A stretch of 64,000 nt of DNA from Lentisphaera araneosa HTCC2155 (GTDB taxonomy: Bacteria; Verrucomicrobiota; Lentisphaeria; Lentisphaerales; Lentisphaeraceae): the NCBI GenBank assembly GCA_945877655.1, contig CAMCSH010000001.1, forward strand, positions 1,982 through 65,981, in the 5' to 3' direction. The position numbers were made by a program, and so were the translations under genes. The notes beneath the pieces were generated by a model. It worked only from the letters and a program-made list of their open reading frames with translations. It made no database searches and was not told the origin of the DNA. This document shows positions 55,010 through 64,000 of the stretch, one piece after another (the stretch's first letter is position 1; each line of letters opens with the position of its first letter).

Positions 55010-57010
55010 CTATTCGACTTTCGCCCGCGGGCATTCCTCGGCAATGACGCCGCGCAGCTTGGTCACGGCGCCGTCCCGGCGTTGTTGCAGCCATTTCGGC
55101 CACAGGCCGCTGCTGCGGGCGAAGGCTTCAGTTTCGAGCTCGGCTGCGGCGGCGTTTTTGCCTTCCGGCTGCTGTATGGCCCAGTTGAGGAAGAGAACCA
55201 TCTCGATGCCGGCGAATTTCGGCTCGGGACCGGCGGGCGGCAGGACCAGGGTGAGCGGGCGCCCGGTGGCTTCGAGACGGAGCCAGGTGCGCAGGCGTTC
55301 GAGGCCGAAATCGATGGCAGCGCGGCCATCGGGCAGGTGATCTTCCCAGGCCAGGATCTCCGGGCGGGCATTGAGCAAGCCATCGCCGCGGGCGGCGGCG
55401 GCGAGCGCGCCTTGCCCGTTGGCGCCGAAGCTAGCCAGAGTGATATCTTCGAGATTGAGGACGAAGGGGCCGGCGGGAATGAGAAGTCGCGATGGAGCCG
55501 CCGCGGCAGCGCTCGGCGCCGCAGGCAGGCGAGGGGCACGATCCAGCAGATCAAGGGCCGGTTCCGGCAGAGGAGCGCCACCGAGCAATTCAATCTGGAA
55601 GCGATTGTCGCCAGTCTGGAGCAGTCCTGCCAAGAGATGGACTCCGCCGCTGCCGGGGGCGGGCTTGCCGTTGACGGTGACGCGATAATCACTGGTCACC
55701 TGGGGGCCGCCAGGCAGGGCGAAACGAAGCGAGATGCCGGCGAGGGCAGCTTCCTCGGCGCTCAGGCTGAATTTGGACTCGCAGGCGGCATGGCCGCGGA
55801 GCAGCGCCACCTGGGCCCAGGGGGATTCGGCTTGGGCGACCGAACTGCAGCGCTCGTCGAGGCCGAAATCGAGGCGGCGCAGAGTTGAAGTCTGGGCGCT
55901 GACGGCGCTGACCTCGGGCTTGGGCAGAGCTTCGGCGGAGCGCCACCATTCAAGCACGACTTCATGCTTGCCGGGGTCTGCGGCGAAAAGGATTTCCTCC
56001 TGATCGGCGATGGCCCAGCCGCGGCGGATGCCGTCGATGACGACTCGTGCCGCGCCGTCTTCGATGCGGACCTGCAAGGCTTGGCCGGCGGCGACTTCGA
56101 CATTTTGCGGCAGACGCAAGAGCTGGCGTTTTTCCAGGCTCAGCGCTTCGACCGGACCGGTGGCGATCGGCGGCGGCACTTGCAAAAGGATGGTGTTGCG
56201 ACCGGTTTTAAGCAATCCGGCGGGCAGGCCTTGGCGACTGAGGTCGACGGCAACGCCGTTGATCCAGACGGCGGTGACGGCGGCGGCGGCGTGGAGTGCG
56301 ATGTCCTGGCAGGCCTCGGCGTTCGGACAATTGTAATCGCGCTTCAGGAAGACCGCGGCGCCGGCGTTGAGACGGCTGACGTTGGCGCTGCTCAGGGACA
56401 GCCATTGCGGCGCATCTTGAGTCGCGGCGGCGAGCCAGTCGCTCTCGAAGATACGGTAGAATCGCAGGCCTTGGTTGATGCCGCTGGCGCAGCTGGTCCT
56501 GATCACCAGATGCCCAGCGCCGGCGAGATCGGAGCCAGAGAGGCAGACGACTTCGCGTCGGGCGCCGATGAGCTTGCCGTCGAGCCACGCTTCGATCCAG
56601 TTGTTTTCGCCGGTGCGGAATTCGCAAAGATTCTTCGCCACTTGGAGCTCGCCGGGGATTTCCGCCGCCCGGTCCCACTCTTCGTCATCGACCATGATCT
56701 TGCTGTTTTTCAGGGAGAAGAGGGCCCACAGGTCATCGCTGCTGCGGAAGGATTTGCCTTCGGCGTTTTCGCGTAGGGCGCCCATTTTCAGATCCTTCAG
56801 GCCCGGCTGCTTGGGCAGGGTGGCCGGATCGATCCGGCGCCACGGCGGCAGCAGCAGATGGCGGACCGAAGGATTGCTTTCGCGGCTGTGATCCGTGCCG
56901 CCTTGGGCGAGAGGGACGGCGCTGGGGAAGGGCGGCAAAGGATTCGCCGGCGGTTGGGGGGCGGCTTGGAAGAGGTGAAGACCGACAAGCAGGGGCAGCA
57001 GTGCGTTCAT
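55010..57010 (-). CDS. Secreted hypothetical protein with several jelly-roll/carbohydrate-binding-like segments
   Basis: Start at ATG 57010 (signal peptide MNALLPLLVGLHLFQAAP). It has recurring W(I/L)(N/D)G..(V/I) strands (AWLDGKLIG, VWINGVAV, VTVNGKPA). No family was identified with confidence. It ends in TAG. Confidence 0.6.
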   Translation of the reverse strand: MNALLPLLVGLHLFQAAPQPPANPLPPFPSAVPLAQGGTDHSRESNPSVRHLLLPPWRRIDPATLPKQPGLKDLKMGALRENAEGKSFRSSDDLWALFSLKNSKIMVDDEEWDRAAEIPGELQVAKNLCEFRTGENNWIEAWLDGKLIGARREVVCLSGSDLAGAGHLVIRTSCASGINQGLRFYRIFESDWLAAATQDAPQWLSLSSANVSRLNAGAAVFLKRDYNCPNAEACQDIALHAAAAVTAVWINGVAVDLSRQGLPAGLLKTGRNTILLQVPPPIATGPVEALSLEKRQLLRLPQNVEVAAGQALQVRIEDGAARVVIDGIRRGWAIADQEEILFAADPGKHEVVLEWWRSAEALPKPEVSAVSAQTSTLRRLDFGLDERCSSVAQAESPWAQVALLRGHAACESKFSLSAEEAALAGISLRFALPGGPQVTSDYRVTVNGKPAPGSGGVHLLAGLLQTGDNRFQIELLGGAPLPEPALDLLDRAPRLPAAPSAAAAAPSRLLIPAGPFVLNLEDITLASFGANGQGALAAAARGDGLLNARPEILAWEDHLPDGRAAIDFGLERLRTWLRLEATGRPLTLVLPPAGPEPKFAGIEMVLFLNWAIQQPEGKNAAAAELETEAFARSSGLWPKWLQQRRDGAVTKLRGVIAEECPRAKVE

Positions 57011-57062
57011 GGCAAACCTTGGGGGCTGAGGGCGGCAATATAGTCCGGAGGCGGAATCAGGC

Positions 57063-58133
57063 TTATCGAGGCAGTCGCTGGCGGACGAAATCAAGTTCGC
57101 GGGCAAGGCAGTCGCTGACGCTGCCGTGCTCGCCGGGCAGGACGTCGAAGGTGTAGGTCTCGGTTTCCAAGTCGCATCCGGCAGCGGCGGCGAGGGCGAA
57201 AAACTCCGGCGTCAGGAGATCGCTGGTGTTGTCGAGGCCGTCGGCGCGGCGTTCCATGTCGAGCGGGACGTGGTAGTGCGTCCGCCATTGGCCTTCGGGA
57301 GCAGCGCGCAAGGCTTCGGGTAGATCGGCAAAAGCCTGTATGCTGTCGCCGCGAATCCGGGTCTGATGGAGATAGACTCCTTCCGCATAAGGAGTGAGGA
57401 GGCCGCTGGCGGCCGGCGACTCGACTTTCAGGGCGGAAGAGACCTGGATCTTCGGCACCGCGATGCCGGCTTCGAGCAAGCGTCGCAAGGTGTCGATCGG
57501 CTCCTCGAACTGCAGCGCCGCGTGGCAGGTGTCGAGGCAGATGCCGAGGTGTCGACGGAGCTTGGTCGAGGCTGGCAAGGAAGCGAAAAACTGCACGGCT
57601 TCATCACAGGTTTCGAGGCGGCAGTCGGGTTCCGGTTCCAAGGCCAGGACGATGCGGCGTCCGCACTCGTCTTCAAGCCGGGCCAGGGCCTCGGCCGCTT
57701 CCTGGAGCAGCGGCCAGGAGGAGTCGAGCGGCCCCTTGCCGTAAGCGAGCGGCACCGTGCTGATGCTGCCGCTGCCGCCCTCAGGTAGAAGCGCCGACAA
57801 GACCCGGGCGCAATCGAGCGAATACTCAAGGCGTCGACGATCGCTCCAGTCGGGAAGATAGACCTGCTCTTTCACCCGGACGCCATGGAAACGGCCATAA
57901 GGGAAAGCGTTGACAGTGAAGGCCGACAGTCCTTCTTCCTGGAGAACGGCACGCAATCTCGGCAGCTCGTCCAAGGCCTGTTTCGCTGCGACGACGCCGA
58001 GACGGAGGCCGATCGGCAGGATCGCCTCCGGACAGAAGGCCTTCTTGACCTCGCGGCAGGGGCCGCGGAGGGCCGACAGACATTCCTCCAAGGTCTCGCC
58101 CGGAAAGATGTTCATGCAAAAACCTAGCTTCAT
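57063..58133 (-). CDS. Xylose-isomerase-like TIM-barrel protein (sugar phosphate isomerase/epimerase; EboE-like)
   Basis: Start at ATG 58133. MKLGFCMNIFPGETLEE... The N-terminal (T/M)NI(H/F)PGE pattern and the ~356-aa length resemble EboE-type proteins as I remember them. Confidence 0.5.
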   Translation of the reverse strand: MKLGFCMNIFPGETLEECLSALRGPCREVKKAFCPEAILPIGLRLGVVAAKQALDELPRLRAVLQEEGLSAFTVNAFPYGRFHGVRVKEQVYLPDWSDRRRLEYSLDCARVLSALLPEGGSGSISTVPLAYGKGPLDSSWPLLQEAAEALARLEDECGRRIVLALEPEPDCRLETCDEAVQFFASLPASTKLRRHLGICLDTCHAALQFEEPIDTLRRLLEAGIAVPKIQVSSALKVESPAASGLLTPYAEGVYLHQTRIRGDSIQAFADLPEALRAAPEGQWRTHYHVPLDMERRADGLDNTSDLLTPEFFALAAAAGCDLETETYTFDVLPGEHGSVSDCLARELDFVRQRLPR

Positions 58134-58268
58134 GTCGCGTTCTCCAATGAAATTTGTCCGTCGCAATTTCCTCCCTCCGGCTCAATTGGCCACTCTTCCC
58201 GATACGCCGTGCCGCAAAATCGGCGACGCGTGTTATTCTGTCGGCCGAACATTTTCCAGAGGTCCACC

Positions 58269-59798
58269 ATGCTCCGTACACTCCTCGCCACCCTCGTCCT
58301 CAGCAGTCTCGCCGCTTGTTCAAGCCCGCGTTTCCCGATGGTCAAGCCCGCAGCCGACAAGCCCGCAGCCGACAAGCCCGCAGCCGACAAGCCTGTTGCG
58401 GCTAAGCCGGTGAAGCTTTCCAGCGCCTTGGCGGAGATGGCCAAAAACGGCAAGCGCGACCGCCTCGCCCGGGCCCTGACCAAACAGCCGGAGCAACTCA
58501 CCGCCGGCGATGACAAGGGCCTCAGCCTCTTGCATATCGCCGCGAGCAACAACCACGATTCCCTCTGCGCCGAACTGGTCGCCGCAGGCCTGCCTCTGGA
58601 AGCTCGCGACGAAGCCGGCCGCACGGCTTTGGCCGAAGCGGTCTGGAACGGCAACAGCCAAGTGATCCGGATTCTCCTGGAAAAAGGCGCCGACGCAAAA
58701 GTGCTCGACAATGATGGCGCCAGCGTTCTGCATCTTGCCGCTCCTGTGGTCCGTCCGATCGAGTTGAAAATGTTGATCGCCGCCGGCGCCGACGGGAAGG
58801 CACTCGACAAGAACGGCCGCAGCGCCCTGCATGAAGCGGCTGCCCATCGTCGCCCCGAATTCATTCCTCTTCTCGTTGAAGCCGGTGTCGACGCCAAGGT
58901 CCGCGACAAACGCGGCCGCAGCGCCTTGCAGGAGGCTCTGATGCAGCCGATTTCCGCCGGCGACTGTTCCGGCGCCCTTCTGCCGATCAGCAGCGACCTT
59001 TTCGCCGCTGATCTGAAAGGCCGCACCGCCTTGCACGATGCCGCCCGCCAAGGCCACTTCGAAGCCCTTCGCGCCTTGATTTTCGCCGGCAGCCCGGTCA
59101 ACGCCGTCGATGGTGATGGCCGCAGCGCCCTCCATGACGCCGCAGCCGCCGGGAATGCCCAGATCGTCGACTTCCTCCTGCAGTCTAAGGCCGATCCTTT
59201 GCATCTCGACCGCGCCGGCCGCAGCCCGGCGATGTTTGCCATCCGCGCCGGCAGCCCCGCTCTCCTCCAGTCCCTGGCGGAACCCAAGGCCTGGGCTCTT
59301 GTCGACGGCAAGGGCCGCAGCCTGTTACACGAAGCCGCATTCTGGGGCCGTGCCGACCTGATGAAGCTCCTGCTTGATCACGGTGCCGACGTCAATCAGC
59401 GCGGACTCGATGGCGAATCCCCCCTGCATGTCGCCGCCCGCCGCGGCCGACTGGCCAGCGTCGAAACCTTGATCGCCGCCCATGCCGATGCCCGTTTTGC
59501 CGATAACGACGGCAGCACTCCGATCTTCTGGAGTCTCAGCTTGGAAGAGGAGGCTCCCGCCATCATCAAAGCCCTCGCCGCAGCAGGCGCCCCGTTGAAC
59601 GCTGTGTCGAAAGCCGGAGACACCTCCTTGCATGTCGCCGCCCGCAAAGGTTTGACCGAGTGCTGCCGCGCCCTTCTCACTGCCGGCGCCGATCCGAAGG
59701 CGCTTGATGCTGGTGGCCACACTCCCGCTGACGTCGCCCGCAGCGAAAAACAACCGGCTTGCTCCTTGCTGTTGAATCAGGAGCTGCAAGCGAAGTAA
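58269..59798 (+). CDS. Ankyrin-repeat lipoprotein
   Basis: Start at ATG 58269. Lipobox LSSLAACSS, then (KPAAD)x3, then about 12 ankyrin repeats (G.S.LH.AA..G....L...GAD...D). Confidence 0.8.
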   Translation: MLRTLLATLVLSSLAACSSPRFPMVKPAADKPAADKPAADKPVAAKPVKLSSALAEMAKNGKRDRLARALTKQPEQLTAGDDKGLSLLHIAASNNHDSLCAELVAAGLPLEARDEAGRTALAEAVWNGNSQVIRILLEKGADAKVLDNDGASVLHLAAPVVRPIELKMLIAAGADGKALDKNGRSALHEAAAHRRPEFIPLLVEAGVDAKVRDKRGRSALQEALMQPISAGDCSGALLPISSDLFAADLKGRTALHDAARQGHFEALRALIFAGSPVNAVDGDGRSALHDAAAAGNAQIVDFLLQSKADPLHLDRAGRSPAMFAIRAGSPALLQSLAEPKAWALVDGKGRSLLHEAAFWGRADLMKLLLDHGADVNQRGLDGESPLHVAARRGRLASVETLIAAHADARFADNDGSTPIFWSLSLEEEAPAIIKALAAAGAPLNAVSKAGDTSLHVAARKGLTECCRALLTAGADPKALDAGGHTPADVARSEKQPACSLLLNQELQAK

Positions 59799-59883
59799 TA
59801 CCAATCCGCGCTCAAAAATATAATAACTCCAGACTTCCGGACCCGCCGCACGACAGAATTGGGAAGCCACTGGCACCTTCGGT

Positions 59884-60117
59884 TTTACCCCGAAGGGGTT
59901 GCATCTGCCACCCCGGGGTTGGGACGAGGAACGAGGAGCTACCCCGGGGGGCTTGCCAGTGTCCTCAATACCCCAAAGGGGTTGCATCTCGCTTGTGCTC
60001 CCGAGACGCGAGGAACAAGACGAAACCCACTTGGGGGTATGGAATCCAATCATCTCGCACCCAGGGTAGGCGAGGCGCCAACCCTGGGCTTGAGGCCGAA
60101 ACCCGTTGGGGTTGAGC
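59884..60117 (+). repeat. Cluster of 2-3 tandem REP-like modules (BIME-like)
   Basis: Repeated CCCCnaaGGGGTTGCATC hairpins are paired with CCC(A/C)GGG...CCC(T/G)GGG hairpins. The last module (60023-60117) aligns with the plus strand of 11568-11683. Confidence 0.75.
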
Positions 60118-60149
60118 ATCAGAGCAGGTGCCATTGACATTCCCATCCT

Positions 60150-60893
60150 TTGCCGCTGCGGGTCAGGAAGTCTGAGGTTGGAGCTGCCGCTAAAAATAAC
60201 CGCGTGATGGCCGACGTCTTCCAGCGATTTAGTATTCGGGCCGAAAACAACTTGAACATGGTGTGCAACGGCGGCCTGATCGTCGGCTCCCTCGCCATCG
60301 CCGAGACCTATCCGGAACACACCCGGGCCATCATCAGACGCGCCTTGAAAAACCTGCCGATCGAGATGCAACCCTACGCTCCCGATGGCGCCTAGATGGA
60401 GGGACCCGGTTTCTGGGATTACGCCACCAGCCACAACGTCTCCTTCATCGCCGGCAAAGGCCAGTTGATCGAAGCCATCGCAAAGGCCCTGTCGACAAAA
60501 CTGGGCGACAATCCCGAGATCCGAATCGACCTCACCAGCGCCTATAGCGACCGCGCCGAGTCGGTGCTTCGCCGCGTCGGGTTGATCGAAAACCGCACTC
60601 GTCTCCGCGTCGTAGACGGCTTTGTCCTCAAGGCCACCCCGATTCTCTGGGGCATGACCACCGATGCCGAGATTGAGTTCCGCCCCGACGGCTCAGCACT
60701 GCTGACCCGCAAGGGCCGTCAGCTCGTGGCCCGTATCGTCGTCCCCGCTGGGGCCAAGTTCACCAGCTCGTCGGCGGAACAGAAGGCGCCGGAAAACCCC
60801 AATAAAGGCATCCGCCGCCTCGAATTGAGCGCCTCGGCGCCAATCGGCGAGTTCGTCATCGAAATCGAGCTCGCCGCCGCCAAAAAGCCCTGA
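60150..60893 (+). pseudogene. Heparinase II/III-like protein remnant: 5'-truncated, with in-frame TAG at 60393-60395
   Basis: ORFs 60150..60395 and 60396..60893 are in one frame and read ...NNLNMVCNGGLIVGSLAIAETYPE...MQPYAPDGA*MEGPGFWDYATSHNV... This matches the NWN.VCNGG ... PDG.W.EGPGYW.Y core of the family. The several hundred N-terminal residues expected upstream are absent. Confidence 0.6.
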
Positions 60894-60947
60894 TTCAGCA
60901 TCTGCGGTTTCTGGGATCTCTCTTCGCTGACAAACCAGAACAGAAAC

Positions 60948-60980
60948 AAGCCGCCGGATTTCTCCGGCGGCTTGCTTTTT
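60948..60980 (+). terminator. Intrinsic terminator
   Basis: aagccgccgga-tttc-tccggcggctt followed by gcttttt. Confidence 0.75.
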
Positions 60981-61003
60981 CAACTTTTCAGTTGGACTTC
61001 GGA

Positions 61004-64000
61004 TCAGGCCTTGTCGGCGAAGATGTCGAAGTCGATGCTGATCGCGTCGGTCAGGCTGGGACGATCCATGAAGTCACTCCAGCTCAGCTCATCGGCCTTG
61101 GTGTGTTTGACCGGCTGGTCATTCCAGGCGACGACGGACTTGATGTCGTCTTCGATCAGGAAGCGCTCTTCCTGTTCTTCGACGGCAGTGACGCCCTTGC
61201 GAATGCTGTTCATGTAGCTGCGGATTTCGCTAACGCTACCCGAAGACTCTACGACCATGACATCGACATGGAGCAGGCCGTTATCGTACTTGCTGAGGTC
61301 GACGCCGGTGATGGTCCAGGTGCCGTTCTTGGCGACCACGGCTTCATAACCTTTCTTCTGATCGGCGGTGAAGCTGGCGCTGTCCAACATGTCTTCCTTG
61401 GTGCTGACGATATAGTCGTTTTGCTGGCGGAAGATGACATGGATGGTGGTGCCGGCTTGAGCCTTGCCGGAGATCTCGGCATTGGTCAGGAAGTTCTGGT
61501 TGGCGAGGTCAGGGAACTTGGTGACGGTGGGCAGCTCAGGCTTGGTCAGATCCTGGATCAGGTTCTTGACCGAGCTGTTACGATAGACAATCTTGCCACT
61601 ACCATCTTTGAAGACCTGGTCAACCTGGATGGCGACTTTGCCACCAGTGGTGACTTTGATATCATCGAGGTTGAGGGTGAGTTCATAAGTATCACCGCTA
61701 ACGAATGTGATGTTGTCATCTTCCAAGATGGCGAGAGGAATGACCTTGCCGCCAATCTTGACTGCAGTGATCTCGGCGTCCGGGGCTTTGGTGAAGCTGA
61801 AGGTGTAATCACGGCGGTTGTCACTAGTGATGTTTTCGGCGTCGATGATCGCAGCGAAGACATCGTTGCCAACCACTTCAGTAATGCCGACGGCAATATT
61901 GCCGTAGCGATCGCTGGCGGTAGCAGTGATCTCAACTTCGTCAGCGGCAACCTTGCGCAGATCGGCAACGACTTTCCAGATGCCCAGAGAGTTGGCAGTG
62001 GTGGTTTTGATGACGCCGCCGAAGTTGACGCTGACCTTGAGGCCTGCGCTGGCAGTACCGGTAACCGTGTACTTGCCGACATTGGCAGCGGTGATCAAAT
62101 CGGTGCCGTCGATGACCGGCTCGTCGAGAGTCATGGCATGGTTAGCCATGGTCTTGGCGATCGTGCCACGGATCTCATTGGCATTGCCGAAGCGGTCGAC
62201 TTGAGTGGCGATCACCTTGAGGGTGGCGTCACCGCCGATGAATTCAGTGAGATCATCGTTGTCTCCTTGGCCGTTGAAGACCACGGTGTAGACGCCTTTC
62301 GAGTCGGCGACGGCGCTGGCAGTCGCTTCGACATCGTTGGAGTCAGAGACAGTGACGGTGACGGTGGCGCCCGCTTCAGCGCGGCCAGTGACCTTGTAGG
62401 CGCTGGCGTTGGCGTTGTTGAGGACGGGCAGGGTGCCGATCGAAGGAGCCACCGAGGTGGTGTCTTTCTTGACCCAGATTTCGTCGCTGGACAAGAACTT
62501 GCCGGTGACGGTGGACGAGTAGGTCCTGATGATGAGGCGGACCGAGCCGTCTTTCAGGTTGTTCTTGGCGTTCAGGTTCCAGTCGACGATGGCCCAGTCG
62601 CCGTTGACGTCAGCGTTGACATAGTCGACGAAGTCCGTATCGCGGGCATTCGAACCATTGTTATTGATCGCCACGAAGTAGACGCGAGCATAAGCTTCGG
62701 ACTTGCCGGTGAGGCTGTAATGGGCCGCAGCGGTGACGCCGAGATCTTCGTCGGTGACCAGCGCGATGTTGGTGGCGCCGTTGATTTCGGCCATCAGAGC
62801 CTTGCGGACGATCTGGGTGGCGGCGTTGCCGGTGACGCCTTCCTTGGTCTGCTGAACCACCTGGAGCAGGTAGTCGGTGCCGACCGGGAGAGCGGTGACA
62901 TCAACAACGATTTCCCACTGGCCCTTGCTGTCGACGACGGTCGACTTGGTGATGCCACCGATGGTCAGGATGATGGTGTTACCAACATTGCCGGTGCCGG
63001 TGACGGTCCAAGTCTTCTCGTTGCTGAAGGTGATTTCCGGAGCGGTGAGAACCACCGGAGCGTTGGGAACACCAACGACGCGCTTGACGATGTCGCCGAC
63101 ACCGGGGAGTTCATCGACGCCGGTGTTGCGAACCGTGCTGGCGAGGAAGGTGGCGGTGAGATCATCGACCTTGGAGAAGGTGGACTTGGCGGTGGTCAGC
63201 TCGCGGAGGTTACCCCAGCGGTCGACTTCAGTAACCTTGATGTTGATCGGGCCGTCGGTGAGACTGCTGAGATCCGTGGCGGCGGTGGTCCAGACGCCAT
63301 TGGCATCGACAGTCGCAACCACGGTGATGAGGTTGGGAGTGCGGACACCGAGGAGGTTCTTCTTGTCATCGCTGTAGACCAGAGTGACGGTGGCACCGGC
63401 TTCACCGGTACCGCTGACGACGTAACCAGTGACATTGTCAAGGGTGACGGGGACCAGAGTGGCGGCATTGAAGGTCAGATCCGTGCTGGCGACGGTGATG
63501 TTGGCAGCGACATCGCCAAGGAGGCTGTCGATGTTGGCGGACCCGATGTTGGCGGCGCCGACCATGCCGAAGGAGCCGACAAGGGTGTCCTTGAGAAGCA
63601 GCTTAACCAGGGGCGGCGAGCTGAGGTTGCTGGCAAGGTCACGGACCACGGCGCTGACGCTCAACTTGCCTTCGCCGAAGGTGCTAAGGTCTTTGGTGAT
63701 GGTCCAAGTGCCGTCATTGAGGATGGTGGAGGTGAAGGTCAGCAGATCATTGCCGTCAGCCAAGCTGTCGGTGATGGTCAGCTCGATGGTGGCGCCAGCT
63801 TCGCCGATGCCACGGAAGACGAAGGCCTTCTCGTTGGCTTGGGTGACGACCTTGTCGCTGAACTCGAGAGTCGGGACGGCGGGCAGGGTCTTGTCGCTGA
63901 TCAGGTGAGCCGCCGAGCGGATGACCTGGGTGAAGCCTTCTTCGTCGATGTAGGTGGTGACGACGCGGACGTACTTGTCGTTGTAGAACTTGATGCCGAG
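61004..64000 (-). CDS. Giant surface adhesin-like protein with tandem bacterial Ig-like domains (C-terminal ~1000 aa; 5' end beyond window)
   Basis: The frame is open from stop 61004 to position 64000. The called TTG at 63763 is internal. It has at least 8 repeats of ~95-100 aa, each with a (Y/W)xV(T/S)G(T/K/R)(A/G)EAGATV(T/S)(V/L)-type strand. Confidence 0.8.
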   Translation of the reverse strand, partial: LGIKFYNDKYVRVVTTYIDEEGFTQVIRSAAHLISDKTLPAVPTLEFSDKVVTQANEKAFVFRGIGEAGATIELTITDSLADGNDLLTFTSTILNDGTWTITKDLSTFGEGKLSVSAVVRDLASNLSSPPLVKLLLKDTLVGSFGMVGAANIGSANIDSLLGDVAANITVASTDLTFNAATLVPVTLDNVTGYVVSGTGEAGATVTLVYSDDKKNLLGVRTPNLITVVATVDANGVWTTAATDLSSLTDGPINIKVTEVDRWGNLRELTTAKSTFSKVDDLTATFLASTVRNTGVDELPGVGDIVKRVVGVPNAPVVLTAPEITFSNEKTWTVTGTGNVGNTIILTIGGITKSTVVDSKGQWEIVVDVTALPVGTDYLLQVVQQTKEGVTGNAATQIVRKALMAEINGATNIALVTDEDLGVTAAAHYSLTGKSEAYARVYFVAINNNGSNARDTDFVDYVNADVNGDWAIVDWNLNAKNNLKDGSVRLIIRTYSSTVTGKFLSSDEIWVKKDTTSVAPSIGTLPVLNNANASAYKVTGRAEAGATVTVTVSDSNDVEATASAVADSKGVYTVVFNGQGDNDDLTEFIGGDATLKVIATQVDRFGNANEIRGTIAKTMANHAMTLDEPVIDGTDLITAANVGKYTVTGTASAGLKVSVNFGGVIKTTTANSLGIWKVVADLRKVAADEVEITATASDRYGNIAVGITEVVGNDVFAAIIDAENITSDNRRDYTFSFTKAPDAEITAVKIGGKVIPLAILEDDNITFVSGDTYELTLNLDDIKVTTGGKVAIQVDQVFKDGSGKIVYRNSSVKNLIQDLTKPELPTVTKFPDLANQNFLTNAEISGKAQAGTTIHVIFRQQNDYIVSTKEDMLDSASFTADQKKGYEAVVAKNGTWTITGVDLSKYDNGLLHVDVMVVESSGSVSEIRSYMNSIRKGVTAVEEQEERFLIEDDIKSVVAWNDQPVKHTKADELSWSDFMDRPSLTDAISIDFDIFADKA

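Noticed and set aside
33481-59311. Very long antisense ORFs 33481..35184, 40552..42696, 44897..46207, 47713..49263, 51357..53222, 54902..55888 and 58130..59311.
   Set aside because: Each is the reverse-frame shadow of a gene with clear domain signatures (kinase, protease, Sel1, oxidoreductase, FtsK, ankyrin). Their products are Gly/Ala/Asp/Arg low-complexity sequences.

Overview
This is a GC-rich, gene-dense chromosomal segment. About 60 CDS are supported, and nearly all are housekeeping or envelope genes. All family calls rest on motifs I recognise by eye; no database search was possible.

Gene content, in order:
- uvrD (partial), bioF, hemY-type oxidase, ychJ, an omega-amidase-like C-N hydrolase, and katG (disrupted).
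- Two Ser/Thr kinases with N-terminal zinc ribbons, tsaD, astA, pgl, tatA-tatC, a cheX-cheY pair, and mazG.
- An LpxL-like acyltransferase, rpsT-rpsB-tsf-pyrH, an isolated fliC-fliD pair, rbgA, rdgB, birA, and a YihY-family protein.
- A large double-trypsin/PDZ protease, a rhodanese-OsmC-DUF3108 operon, a Sel1-repeat protein, and larB.
- DUF374, an FAD oxidoreductase and an ACP, then manA, ftsK, a RodZ-like protein, and cmoA.
- An EboE-like TIM-barrel protein, an ankyrin lipoprotein, and the 3' ~3 kb of a giant Ig-repeat adhesin.

The gene repertoire and repeat style suggest a PVC/Verrucomicrobia-like organism. That is inference only. I found no rRNA, tRNA, CRISPR array, IS element, integrase or prophage, and no recognisable defence or secondary-metabolite cluster.

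The unusual signal is mostly non-coding:
1. More than 12 intergenic sites carry short tandem repeats (7-11 bp units). Most are arranged as inverted arms that can fold into long hairpins.
2. A dispersed REP-like palindromic element of about 100 bp occurs at three sites. One copy supplies the last codons and the stop codon of a gene.
3. Two genes carry single in-frame TAG codons at conserved Tyr and Trp positions: katG and a 5'-truncated heparinase II/III-like remnant.
4. A tandem pair of uncharacterised paralogs has 5' ends that are almost identical at the DNA level, while the rest of the two genes has diverged.
5. The fliC-fliD pair has sigma28-like and sigma54-like promoter candidates and CsrA-style GGA sites.

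I cannot point to a convincing novel multi-protein system. The repeat-hairpin family and the paralog pair are the best candidates for something undescribed.
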